Source of the DNA: Clostridia bacterium
GTDB taxonomy: Bacteria > Bacillota > Clostridia > Oscillospirales > RGIG8002
NCBI GenBank assembly: GCA_017620395.1
Contig: JAFZQJ010000018.1
Location: forward strand, 2,016-66,015
Reading direction: 5' to 3'
Length of the DNA: 64,000 bases
The position numbers and the translations under genes are program-made. Below, piece after piece: positions 7,754 to 17,049 of the stretch. The stretch's first letter is position 1. Each line of letters opens with the position of its first letter. Under the pieces are notes generated by a model that had not been told where the DNA came from, did no database searches, and worked only from the letters and a program-made list of their open reading frames with translations.

Positions 7754-10700
7754 TTATTCGACGGTAACAGTCGAGCGTCCGCTGAAGCCCCAGGCGTTCT
7801 CGGAGTCGCAGGCGTAGGCGCTGTTGACGGCGAAGGTTCCGGGCGTTACGGCGCGGACGTAGAAGACCGCGCGGGCGCTGCCGCCTTCGGACCATGCGCA
7901 GATCGTGACGCGCTGGCCGTCCTGATCGCAGAGCCAGGCGTGGCTGCTCTCGTTGTAATCGTACTCGGAGAAGCGGAAGCCGGACGGGACGTAGTCCATG
8001 ATGTTGACGCTCTGCTTGTTCTTCACGCCGGAAACGTCGATCGTCACGCGCACCTTGTCGCCGACGGAGATCTTCCCGCCGCGCACAGGCTCTACGCGCT
8101 TGCTGACCGTGTAGGTCGCGCCGGAAACGTCGAGCTCGTCGGCGCCGCCGGTGTAGTAAGCGGTCACGTCGACGCTGCCTTCGGTCACCTTGAAGTTCGC
8201 GGCGGCGAGCTGTTCGGCGGTCATTCTGACCGTCTTCGTCGCGGTGCCTTCAAGCGTTACGGAGCCGCCTGCGTATTCGAAGGACGCGCTACCGTATGCG
8301 CCGCGGAGCATATTCTCCGCGTATATCACCTGCTGCAGTCCGTAGAAGTCGGTCGGCTTCTCTATGTCGCAGATATGCTTCATGAGGCGCTTGGCGAGGC
8401 TTCTGTCGGTGCGGGAAACGATCGTCAGCGCCATCGCGGTGAGGCGGTCGTTTATATCGCCGTCGTCGCCCGCCTTGATGAAGGCGCTGCCGCTTACGCT
8501 CTCGGAAACGAGCGGACGGAAGGTCGCGTTGAACTCCGCTTCCGCGCCCGCGTCGTCGCCCAGCGCGGCAAGCGCGCAGGCGTAAATCATACGCGAGTAG
8601 AGGTCGGACGCGTCGGCTTCCGCGAGCTTGGCGCGGACTTCAAGCAGTACCGGATCGCCGAGCGCGGCGAGGATGAGGTACTTCTCGGTTTCGTTCAGCG
8701 ATTGCGCGTAGCTTCTGACGCGCGCGGCGTTGAAGGCGTCCGGATCCGCCCAGACCGCGAACGCGGTCACGAAGGGATCCTCTTCGGCGTAGGGGTATAT
8801 CGCCACGCCGCCCTTGTCGCCCTGCAGGTCGCCCGCCGCGATATCGGAAACGGCGTAGAACGCTTTCTCCTCATCCGGCGCGAAGGACGCGAGCATCCTG
8901 CCCGCGACCGCCGCCGCGAGGTGCTGATCGGCTCTGCCGCCGACGGAGTAATAAAGCTTGTAAAGCGCAGAAGCGATATACTTTGCGTTACCATTGCTGA
9001 AAACGAGCGTCACGGGCGAGCGCAGCGCGTTGACGTCGACTCCGCCCGCGAGGTCGAACTCCTTGAAGAGCGGGAGCTCGTCGGCGTTCGCTATGACTCT
9101 GAAGGTCTCCGCGATCGCGTCGCTTTCGGAGCCGTTCTTGCCGCTGACTGTGACGGTGTAAACGCCCTCGGGCTGCTGCCCGAAGTTGAAGTAGGTGAAG
9201 GCGTTGCCCTTAGCGGACTGCGTGAGCGTCTGCTCGGAACCGTCCGGTTTCGCGAGCTTCGCGGTAAACTCGGTCTCGCCGCCGGAAACGCCCCTGCCGT
9301 AGGCGTGGACGCCGAAGGAGACGTCGTCGCCCGTCTGATAGGTCTTCGCCACGACCGCGTCGGTCACGAAGGGGAGCGACGCGCTGACGTTTATCTTCGC
9401 GCTGCCGCCGTAGAGATCGTCGGATATCGCGTTGACGGTGACGCGCCAGTCGGTGACGTTATCGGGAAGCTTTATCGTGACTTCGGCCTTGCCGCTGCCG
9501 CCGACGCTGACGGTCTCGAACGCCGCGGTGTCGACGAAGTTCTGTCTGGCGCTGCCCTCGTCGCCTCCGCCGCCGCCTTCACCGCCGCCGCTGTAGTCGC
9601 CGTTGAAGGAGTGCTGCGTGTACGAAACGAAGGTGTCGCGGACGCCGCTGCCGACCCATCTGCCGTAGACGGAGCCGAGCAGATCGGCGTACTGCGGAGC
9701 GACGGCGAACTGCGCTTCGTCGACGACGCTGACGTTGACGGTGCCGGAATGGCCGGAGCCGTTCGCGTCCTTGACGGAGACGGTTATCTTCATCTCGTCG
9801 CCGGGTCTGTATTCTTCCTTGTCGGCGGTTATCTCGACGTCGAGCTTCTTCTCCGCGTAGTCGTAGGGTACGACCGCGTCGTTCATCTTATATATGCGCC
9901 TGCCGTCGAAGAACGCTCCGACGAGATAGACGTCGGGGGCGTATTCCTCTTTGAAGGTCATATCTATCGGGAAGGAGGCGCAGGCGCGTTCCTCGCTGAT
10001 CCCCTCGTTGACGATACCGAGCATAAGCGTGCCGCCTTCGGGACGCACGCCGTCGTCGTCCTGCAGGTCGAGCTTGAAGCTCTCGCCGGTCCTGCGGGCC
10101 TTCAGCGTTTTAGCGAAATCCCACCAGCCGATGCCGTCATAATTGTTATCGGCGTCGGTATCGACGAGGCCGAAGTGCTTGACGTTGGTATTGTTGCGGT
10201 AATACAGATAATCGTTATTGACTACGCAGGTGCTCTCGATAAGTCTGCCGTTTTCGTCGGCGCAGGAGGCGAGGACCTCGTAGTAACCGTATTCGAGCGG
10301 CTCGAGCGCGATATCGACGGACGCGATCCCGCCCTGAGACGCGACGGCGGAGTCGAAGACAATCTCCTCGTGTCTGGTGTAGTTATACACCTGCGTAGTG
10401 ACGGTCTTTTTCGCCACGTAGTCGTAATAGGTATACTCCGTCGGCGGATCGTAGGTGTACTTCTTTACGCGGATGCTGACGGTGGTATCGTAAGCCGCGC
10501 CGCGGAGCGGATCGGCGTCGACGTAGTAGTTATCCAGCTCCCCGGCGGTCGGATTATCCTTGTACCTGTTGGTCTTCACGGCGACGTGCGCGACGCCGTC
10601 CTTCTTATCGGCCTCGACCGTGATTATCGCGGTTGAGGGCAGGTATCTGAAGTTCATTCCGTACTGATTGACCTTGTCAAGGGTGACGTTGTCCTTGACG

Positions 10701-12679
10701 GAGATATATCTGTACGCAGGCTGCCAGTTGGTGTAGTTGGCCTCCGCGGTCACGGGATAGTCGACGGTGATGCGGCCGTTGGAGTCGGTGGTGTAGTAAT
10801 TGCCGTCAATGATGAACTCTTCGCCCGCGGCGGGGATGCCGCCGTAGTACTCCGCTGTCATTCCGAAGTGCACCGTCTCGCCGACCTTGTAGCAGTCCTT
10901 CAGCTCGTCGAAGGTCACGGTGAAGGCGGGCTTCGTGTAATCCTCGACCTGAACGTAGCCGCAGCAGACGGCGTCGTCTCCGATCAGCGCGGCGACACCG
11001 TAGTAGCCGTGTTCGAAGGCGCTGAGCGGAAGCTTCGCGGTGAAGACTCCCTCATCGTTCACAGCCGCTTCAACGGAAACGAGACGGTCCTCCGCGGGTA
11101 TGTATTCTCGGTGGGTCTGCGCGTTGAAATCGTAGTCGTAACGGACCTCGCCGAGCGCGACGGTGAGCTTCTCCGGCAGCGCGGAGGAGTATCTGCCGCG
11201 CAGCACGCCGAAGACGTTTATCGTATCGGTGGGCAGGTATGATTCCCTGTCGGTGTAAATGTAAGAGTAGTATCTGTCGGATACCGGAAGCTCATCCTCC
11301 GGAGCGAGCAGCACCGAGCCGATGAAGGGCTGGCGGCCGCCGTTCTCGATCTTCACGACAGCGGCGCGGACGCCGCCTTTCAGAGGGATCGAAACGCTGC
11401 CGTCCGCGGAGGTCTTGACGGCGCTCTCGCCGTCAACCGTCACGGTCGCGCCGGAAACTGCGGAGGCGGTCTTCGCGTCGTTCACCCAAGCGAAGAGGCG
11501 CTTGTTTTCGCTGCGCATATAAACAACGGTGTCGTTGACCTGGATAAGCTTCTGGATAACGTACTGCTTGTTGTTCAGAGTCTTGGAAGCGGTCACGACG
11601 TAGTAGCCCTCCGGAAGCTCCTCCGGCAGGATAAGGTAGCAGGTGGAGTAATCGCCCTGCGAATACGGAACGAGGTTGAGCGTCGCCTTCACGGCGGTCT
11701 CCATGCCGCTCGTATCGACCGCGTCGTAGCCGCGGTAGCTCGCGTAACGGAAATCGCGGCGGTAAACGTCCTTCGTTTCCATGGCGCGGATAAGCTCCGC
11801 GTAGGCGTCCGCGGACGCTACCCTGTGAACCGTCACGTCGAAGGAAACGAAGTCGTAGCCTATGCTTCTGCCGGTGTTCGAGTAGGTATCCGCGCGAAGC
11901 TCGATAACGGGAACGTCGGTGGTCAGGAAGGTCTCCTCGAAGCTGCCGCCGAGGGAAATAAGGTGCTCGGCGTTGACGTCCTCGTTCGTGCTGAAGGTCG
12001 CGGAAGCGGCCTCGGCCATCTCCTCGCCGGAGGCGGTCTTCAGCCCCGCCTTGACGGTGACGACGTAGGTCGTCAGTTCTTCCCAGCGTTTCTCGGGGAT
12101 GATGACGACGCGGTTGCCGACCTTCTCCATCCTGTACGCGCCCGCGGGCTCGACGGTGATGAAGTTCTCCCAGTCGGTGAAGTCGTCGCGCGTGAAGGTT
12201 ATCTCAACGCCTGAGTTCGGCTCGGCGACGCCGCCGTTCTTCGGGAAGAAGGAGCGCACGCCGAACTCCGAGCGCGTCTGGAAGGCGTAGGAGCGGTCGT
12301 TACCCTTGCCGTCGTCGATCATGAAAGTGAGCATCGAATCCGGCTTGAGCGGCTCATCGAAGGTCAGCAGGTAGTTGCCCTGCTCCGTCTTCTGCAGCTC
12401 GAACGGCGTTTCAACTCCGGCGGAAAGCTGCGAGCGCAGGTCGTCGGCGTCCGCGAAGCGCTCGCCGGCGATCAGAAACTGCGACTCGGTGAAGACGCCG
12501 TTGACGTCCGCGGCCGTCGGAGTTATCTCCGCAGTTATCGGAACGGGATCCGACACCGCGGGCTTGAGCGCGAAAAGCAGCACCGCGCCGACCGCCGCCG
12601 CGACGAGAACTGCGGCGACGGATACGCTTATCGCCTTGTGCGCTGATATCCATTTGCCAATCGAAGAAAAGATTTTCAT
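7754..12679 (-). CDS. Alpha-2-macroglobulin family protein with an N-terminal transmembrane anchor and no thioester motif
   Basis: 1641 aa with an N-terminal hydrophobic span AISVSVAAVLVAAAVGAVLLFAL. SbsA/Big_5-like segment (VEITFTRDDF...ATFST). A2M hallmark FVDTAAFETV...IKLPDNVTDWRVTVNAISDD. Receptor-domain-like C-terminus (IMDYVPSGFRF). None of its cysteines is followed by xEQ. Confidence 0.75.
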   Translation of the reverse strand: MKIFSSIGKWISAHKAISVSVAAVLVAAAVGAVLLFALKPAVSDPVPITAEITPTAADVNGVFTESQFLIAGERFADADDLRSQLSAGVETPFELQKTEQGNYLLTFDEPLKPDSMLTFMIDDGKGNDRSYAFQTRSEFGVRSFFPKNGGVAEPNSGVEITFTRDDFTDWENFITVEPAGAYRMEKVGNRVVIIPEKRWEELTTYVVTVKAGLKTASGEEMAEAASATFSTNEDVNAEHLISLGGSFEETFLTTDVPVIELRADTYSNTGRSIGYDFVSFDVTVHRVASADAYAELIRAMETKDVYRRDFRYASYRGYDAVDTSGMETAVKATLNLVPYSQGDYSTCYLILPEELPEGYYVVTASKTLNNKQYVIQKLIQVNDTVVYMRSENKRLFAWVNDAKTASAVSGATVTVDGESAVKTSADGSVSIPLKGGVRAAVVKIENGGRQPFIGSVLLAPEDELPVSDRYYSYIYTDRESYLPTDTINVFGVLRGRYSSALPEKLTVALGEVRYDYDFNAQTHREYIPAEDRLVSVEAAVNDEGVFTAKLPLSAFEHGYYGVAALIGDDAVCCGYVQVEDYTKPAFTVTFDELKDCYKVGETVHFGMTAEYYGGIPAAGEEFIIDGNYYTTDSNGRITVDYPVTAEANYTNWQPAYRYISVKDNVTLDKVNQYGMNFRYLPSTAIITVEADKKDGVAHVAVKTNRYKDNPTAGELDNYYVDADPLRGAAYDTTVSIRVKKYTYDPPTEYTYYDYVAKKTVTTQVYNYTRHEEIVFDSAVASQGGIASVDIALEPLEYGYYEVLASCADENGRLIESTCVVNNDYLYYRNNTNVKHFGLVDTDADNNYDGIGWWDFAKTLKARRTGESFKLDLQDDDGVRPEGGTLMLGIVNEGISEERACASFPIDMTFKEEYAPDVYLVGAFFDGRRIYKMNDAVVPYDYAEKKLDVEITADKEEYRPGDEMKITVSVKDANGSGHSGTVNVSVVDEAQFAVAPQYADLLGSVYGRWVGSGVRDTFVSYTQHSFNGDYSGGGEGGGGGDEGSARQNFVDTAAFETVSVGGSGKAEVTIKLPDNVTDWRVTVNAISDDLYGGSAKINVSASLPFVTDAVVAKTYQTGDDVSFGVHAYGRGVSGGETEFTAKLAKPDGSEQTLTQSAKGNAFTYFNFGQQPEGVYTVTVSGKNGSESDAIAETFRVIANADELPLFKEFDLAGGVDVNALRSPVTLVFSNGNAKYIASALYKLYYSVGGRADQHLAAAVAGRMLASFAPDEEKAFYAVSDIAAGDLQGDKGGVAIYPYAEEDPFVTAFAVWADPDAFNAARVRSYAQSLNETEKYLILAALGDPVLLEVRAKLAEADASDLYSRMIYACALAALGDDAGAEAEFNATFRPLVSESVSGSAFIKAGDDGDINDRLTAMALTIVSRTDRSLAKRLMKHICDIEKPTDFYGLQQVIYAENMLRGAYGSASFEYAGGSVTLEGTATKTVRMTAEQLAAANFKVTEGSVDVTAYYTGGADELDVSGATYTVSKRVEPVRGGKISVGDKVRVTIDVSGVKNKQSVNIMDYVPSGFRFSEYDYNESSHAWLCDQDGQRVTICAWSEGGSARAVFYVRAVTPGTFAVNSAYACDSENAWGFSGRSTVTVE

Positions 12680-12704
12680 ACCTTTCCCCTCCTTTTACGA
12701 TTGC

Positions 12705-12713
12705 ATTATATCA
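12705..12713 (-). promoter_or_regulatory. Candidate extended -10 (TGATATAAT) for the A2M gene
   Basis: The minus strand reads gTGaTATAAT about 25 nt upstream of the AAGGAGGGG RBS. The -35 region is poor. Confidence 0.35.
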
Positions 12714-12732
12714 CGCCTTATATAAAAAAGCG

Positions 12733-12770
12733 ATTACAAAATAGTTACAGTTTTGTAACTTTTTTGTAAC
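12733..12770. promoter_or_regulatory. 38-nt nested palindrome between the divergent A2M and argH promoters (candidate operator)
   Basis: ATTACA(12733)-N6-TTACA(12745)-gttt-TGTAA(12754)-N6-TGTAA(12765), symmetric about position 12751/12752. Confidence 0.35.
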
Positions 12771-12797
12771 TTTTATGCATATATTTCCATTATTCTC

Positions 12798-12826
12798 TTG
12801 ACAACGGGCGAATAGTGAGATAAAAT
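12798..12826 (+). promoter_or_regulatory. Candidate sigma-A promoter of argH
   Basis: TTGACA (12798-12803), a 17-nt spacer, then TAAAAT (12821-12826). GAGG lies 8 nt before the ATG at 12860. Confidence 0.5.
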
Positions 12827-12859
12827 ATAAAAAATCGCGTATAATTATGAGGTTTTATT

Positions 12860-14233
12860 ATGGAAAAACTCTGGACGGGAAGGTTCAAAAAAACGCTCGA
12901 CGAGGCGGCGAACGCCTTCAACGCGTCGATATCGGTCGACAGCCGGATGTACCGCGAGGACGTGACCGGCTCGATCGCGCACGCGAAGATGCTCGCGGCG
13001 TGCGGAATAATCACCGAAGCCGACCGCGACTCCATCGTCGCGGGGCTTGAAGGCATACTCGCGGATATGGAAAGCGGCGCGCTCGCGCCCTCGCCGGAGG
13101 CGGAGGACATACACTCCTTCGTGGAGGCGGAGCTGACCAAGCGCATCGGCGACGCGGGCAAGCGCCTGCACACCGCGCGCAGCAGGAACGACCAGGTCGC
13201 GCTCGACCTTCGGCTTTATCTGCGCGGGCGCATAGACGATATTTCCGAAGCGGCGAAGGAGCTTATCTCCGCGCTGCTCGACGTCGCGGAGGCGAACACG
13301 GACTCCGTTATGCCCGGCTACACGCACCTGCAGCGCGGACAGCCGATCGTCTTCGGCCACCAGCTCTGCGCCTACGCGCAGATGCTTCTGCGCGACCTCG
13401 ACAGGCTCGCCGACTGCCGCAGGCGCATGAACGTTTCCCCGCTCGGCTCCTGCGCGCTCGCGGGCACGACCTATCCGATCGACCGCGCGATGACGGCGGA
13501 GCTGCTCGGCTTCGACGCGCCCTGCGCGAACAGCATAGACGGCGTTTCCGACCGCGACTTCGCGGCCGAGCTCGCCGCGGACTGCGCGATCATCGCGGCG
13601 CACCTCTCGCGGCTCGCGGAGGAGACGATCCTCTGGTGCTCCCGCGAGTTCGGCTTCGTCGAGCTGGACGACGCCTACTCCACCGGCTCCTCGATAATGC
13701 CGCAGAAAAAGAACCCCGACGTCGCCGAGCTCGTGCGCGGCAAGACGGGGCGCGTCTACGGCGATCTGACGACGCTGCTGACGCTGCTCAAGGGGCTTCC
13801 CCTCGCATACAACAAGGATATGCAGGAGGATAAAGAGGCGATCTTCGACAGCGTGGACACGGTTTGCGACTGCCTGCGGCTCTACGCGCCGATGCTGCGC
13901 ACGATGAAGGTCAACGCCGCGAATATGCGCAAGGCGGCGGCGGAGGGCTTCATCAACGCGACCGACTGCGCGGACTACCTGACGAAAAAGGGCGTGCCCT
14001 TCCGCGAAGCGTATAAGCTCACCGGCGGGCTCGTCGCCTACTGCATCGACGAGGACAAGACACTGGAAACGCTCACGCTTGAGGAATACAAGGGCTTCTC
14101 GCCCGTCTTCGAGGCGGACGTCTTCGACGCGATCGACCTCGACGTCTGCGTCGCGAAGCGCACCAGCTTCGGCGGCACCGCCCCCGACAGCGTAAAGGCG
14201 CAGATAAAGGCGATAAGGGAAGATATAGGGTAA
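12860..14233 (+). CDS. argH: Argininosuccinate lyase
   Basis: MEKLWTGRF start, the fumarate-lyase signature GSSIMPQKKNPD, and length 457 aa. Confidence 0.95.
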   Translation: MEKLWTGRFKKTLDEAANAFNASISVDSRMYREDVTGSIAHAKMLAACGIITEADRDSIVAGLEGILADMESGALAPSPEAEDIHSFVEAELTKRIGDAGKRLHTARSRNDQVALDLRLYLRGRIDDISEAAKELISALLDVAEANTDSVMPGYTHLQRGQPIVFGHQLCAYAQMLLRDLDRLADCRRRMNVSPLGSCALAGTTYPIDRAMTAELLGFDAPCANSIDGVSDRDFAAELAADCAIIAAHLSRLAEETILWCSREFGFVELDDAYSTGSSIMPQKKNPDVAELVRGKTGRVYGDLTTLLTLLKGLPLAYNKDMQEDKEAIFDSVDTVCDCLRLYAPMLRTMKVNAANMRKAAAEGFINATDCADYLTKKGVPFREAYKLTGGLVAYCIDEDKTLETLTLEEYKGFSPVFEADVFDAIDLDVCVAKRTSFGGTAPDSVKAQIKAIREDIG

Positions 14234-14244
14234 TAAATAAGCAC

Positions 14245-14280
14245 GTCATTCCGAGGAGGCGTCAGCCGACGAGGAATCCC
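14245..14280. repeat. REP-like 36-nt element (GTCATTCCGAGGAGGCGTCAGCCGACGAGGAATCCC)
   Basis: Near-identical copy at 45322-45358 and a diverged inverted copy at 45386-45421. Confidence 0.7.
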
Positions 14281-14316
14281 ACAAGCTGAAACAGCAGTTG
14301 CGCATTAAACGTAAAC

Positions 14317-14353
14317 AAGCCGGAGGCGGTTGCCTCCGGCTTGCGTTTTTTTT
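14317..14353 (+). terminator. Terminator between convergent argH and the lipoprotein gene (probably bidirectional)
   Basis: Stem aagccggaggc / gcctccggctt with loop ggtt, followed by gcgtttttttt. Confidence 0.8.
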
Positions 14354-14372
14354 GCGGGCGATCAGATCGCCA

Positions 14373-15452
14373 CTACTTCACCACGGCGGAGTCGACGGCG
14401 GTTTGGATGACGGTGTCGACGAGGCCCCATATCGTGATGTTGCTTCTGCCGTACTTCTGCAGGCACTCCTCGTTGCTCGCGCAGTTATACTGCTTCGCGT
14501 AGAAGGTCACGTAGTCGTTGAACTCCTCCTCGCTCAGCTCTATCCCCTCGCGGCGCGCGAGCGCGACGCAGACCATCTGCGTTTTCACCTCGCCCTGCGC
14601 GTATTCCTCCGTCTGCTGCAGGAAGGTCTCGTAGCTCATGCTCATATACTGCTGCACGAAGCCCTCGAGCGTTAAGCCGTAGGCGTCCGCGTACTTCTGA
14701 TAGTTATCAGTTATCTCCTTTTTGAAGGAGTCAATCTCCTTCTGCGGATATTTAAGCACCTTCGCGCCGCCGAGCAGCTTTTCGCGGACGGCGGTCCACT
14801 TTTTGTTCGTTTCGTTATCCGCCCGCACGTCCGCGAGGAACGCCTCGGCGCTGTCGTAGTCGCCAAAGTTCGCGGCGACGTACTCGTCGGTTATCTCCGG
14901 GTAGGCGTACGCCTGGATGGAGTTGACCTTCACGTTGAAGACGACCGGAACGCCCGCGAGGTCGGGGTTGTTCGGGTACGGGTCGGGGAAGTTGAGGTCG
15001 AGCGAGACCGTCTGCCCTATCTCCACGCCGATGAGCCCGTCCTCGAAGCCGGGGATGAACTGCCCCGCGCCGATCTCGAGCCCGTCGTAGCCCTGCGCGG
15101 TGCCGCCTTCGAACGGAACGCCGTCGCGCAGGCCCTCGAAGTCAATGTTCACGAAGTCGCCCTTCTGCACGGGGCGGTCGGTCACGGGCGCTTTTTCAAG
15201 CGCGTTGTTGTTGAGCAGGAACTCGTGTACCGTTTCGATGACCTCTTCGTCCGTGACGGCGATCTCGGCGGCGGAAATTTCGATGCCCTTGAATTCGCCC
15301 GGCTCGACGTATTCGTTCAGGTCGTAGTCGTAAAAGTCGTATTTGCCGAGCGGTTCGCCCGAGCCGCCGGAGGCGGTTTCGCCTTCGCCGCGGCAGGCGG
15401 AAAAGCCGCACAGTGCGAGCGCGGCGAGCAGTATCGCAAGCGTTTTTTTCAT
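14373..15452 (-). CDS. Lipoprotein with a trigger-factor-type FKBP PPIase and a trigger-factor C-terminal domain
   Basis: Signal peptide with lipobox (LAALALCGFSAC). KGDFVNIDFEGLRDGVPFEGGTAQGYDGLEIGAGQFIPGFEDGLIG matches the trigger-factor PPIase core. The ribosome-binding N-domain is absent. Confidence 0.7.
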   Translation of the reverse strand: MKKTLAILLAALALCGFSACRGEGETASGGSGEPLGKYDFYDYDLNEYVEPGEFKGIEISAAEIAVTDEEVIETVHEFLLNNNALEKAPVTDRPVQKGDFVNIDFEGLRDGVPFEGGTAQGYDGLEIGAGQFIPGFEDGLIGVEIGQTVSLDLNFPDPYPNNPDLAGVPVVFNVKVNSIQAYAYPEITDEYVAANFGDYDSAEAFLADVRADNETNKKWTAVREKLLGGAKVLKYPQKEIDSFKKEITDNYQKYADAYGLTLEGFVQQYMSMSYETFLQQTEEYAQGEVKTQMVCVALARREGIELSEEEFNDYVTFYAKQYNCASNEECLQKYGRSNITIWGLVDTVIQTAVDSAVVK

Positions 15453-15465
15453 AATAATATCTCCT

Positions 15466-17049
15466 TTACAGCGCGTTATAGAGCTTCCCGCCCTTCGCTT
15501 TCAGCAGAAGCATCGCGGCGCAGGCCGCGAGCGCGGAAATCCCCGCCGAAGCGAGCATAAAGGCGTTTGCGCCAAGTTCGAATTTGAAGATGATAAGATA
15601 GAACAGCACTCCGAAAAGCGCGCTGAATATGAAACCGAGCCCTATCGTGAGACCGACCGACGCGCTCTGCTTGACGACGGCGTTTTCGTTCGTCCATTCG
15701 AGCTTCGGGTGGCGCAGGTTGATAAGTAGTCCCGCGGCGGATATGAAGAGCGTATAGCACGCGGCGGCAATGAAGACGACCGCCCAATCGAGCGGCGAAA
15801 TCACGCCGACAGCAGCGACGACCGCGGACGCCGCGAGCACCGGCGCGCCGCAGACGAGCAAGTTGAGCGCGATCTTCGCGGCGAAGACGTCGCGAGGACG
15901 CAGCGGCATCGCCTTCAGCTGCGGGAGGCGGCGCCCTTCGATCGAGATCGAGGACGCTGTCGTGCTGCTCATGGATATGCAGAAGAAGACCGCCATCATC
16001 ACGACGGGCGCCGCTTCAAGAGGTCCGTACAGCGCGGCACCCTGAAGCTTTACCGCCGCGTAGACCGCGCCGACGATCAGCATCATGGGCGCGAACGCGG
16101 TGTTCATAAAATACGCGAAGGACGAGAAATAGCCGGCCGCCTCCTTGCGGAACAGCGCGGCGAAAACCGACCGCGCACGCGCGCTGCGGGCGGCGCCGCC
16201 CTTAACGGAGGCGGAGGCGTTCACGCTGCTCACGCTGCGGTTGAAGCGCAGCGACGCGACGAAGGCGACGAGCGCGATGAACGCCGCGGAGACCGCCGCG
16301 AAAAGCAGCAGCGGGCCCCATTTCAGCGCCGCGCCGTCAAGGCACCACCGCAGAGGCGGGAAAAACCTTCCCGCGGCGCGCACCGCCCCGTCCGGGTCAA
16401 GCAGCAGGCGCGTCATAATGCCGTCCGACTCCGACATGAACCAGAGATAGACGCCGACGAAGAGCGCGACGCCTATGACGTTGCGGATCATCCTGCTCTT
16501 TCCGCCGAAGGAGAAGCGGCTGAACGCCGCCGAGATCAGCAGTCCGAGCCCGACGGGTATCATCGGGACGAATATGAACATAACGAGCGCCGCGGCGATG
16601 AAGAGCAGCGGAGGCGCGGCGAAATACGCGTAAACGGCGAACGCCGGAACGAGCACTATCGCCGAATAAATATAATTCTCCGCGAGGAAGGCGCACAGCT
16701 TGCCCGCGTAGATCTGAAAGCCGGTGAACGGCATCGACATCAGCACCTCGAGGTTCGTGGCGCGGAACATACGCGCCGAGCCGGTCGACGCGGCGGTTAT
16801 CAGCGTCAGCAGCGCGTCGGCGCAGATGAACACGAGCAGCACGGAGACGTAACCGGCGTTCATCGCCTGCGCCGCCTTCGCGATCGTGAAGGCGTAAAAC
16901 GCCGATGCGCCGAGCATCAGCAGCACGATGAGCGCGCCGATGATCAGATTCGCCGCGCTCCCTTTATTCTTGCTCCTGCGTTCGACGAGGCGGCGCGGGT
17001 TCAGACTCTCCGACGCCTCGGCGCGAAACAAAGTCCAGACGTTTCTCAT
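15466..17049 (-). CDS. Multi-pass membrane permease of an ABC exporter
   Basis: 527 aa and hydrophobic throughout. The 4-nt overlap (17046-17049) with the upstream ATPase gene implies translational coupling. Confidence 0.65.
   Translation of the reverse strand: MRNVWTLFRAEASESLNPRRLVERRSKNKGSAANLIIGALIVLLMLGASAFYAFTIAKAAQAMNAGYVSVLLVFICADALLTLITAASTGSARMFRATNLEVLMSMPFTGFQIYAGKLCAFLAENYIYSAIVLVPAFAVYAYFAAPPLLFIAAALVMFIFVPMIPVGLGLLISAAFSRFSFGGKSRMIRNVIGVALFVGVYLWFMSESDGIMTRLLLDPDGAVRAAGRFFPPLRWCLDGAALKWGPLLLFAAVSAAFIALVAFVASLRFNRSVSSVNASASVKGGAARSARARSVFAALFRKEAAGYFSSFAYFMNTAFAPMMLIVGAVYAAVKLQGAALYGPLEAAPVVMMAVFFCISMSSTTASSISIEGRRLPQLKAMPLRPRDVFAAKIALNLLVCGAPVLAASAVVAAVGVISPLDWAVVFIAAACYTLFISAAGLLINLRHPKLEWTNENAVVKQSASVGLTIGLGFIFSALFGVLFYLIIFKFELGANAFMLASAGISALAACAAMLLLKAKGGKLYNAL

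Noticed and set aside
7697-10636. 979-aa plus-strand ORF antisense to the alpha-2-macroglobulin gene
   Set aside because: This is a typical high-G+C shadow frame. It is rich in Arg/Ala/Gly/Val, has no RBS and no recognisable motif, whereas the minus-strand frame carries clear A2M motifs.
7754-12679. Thioester (CxEQ) site in the A2M protein
   Set aside because: I inspected every cysteine in the translation. They are followed by YLI, CGY, GYV, YKV, ADE, VVN, ASF, ALA, DIE, DQD, AWS and DSE, so none fits CxEQ.
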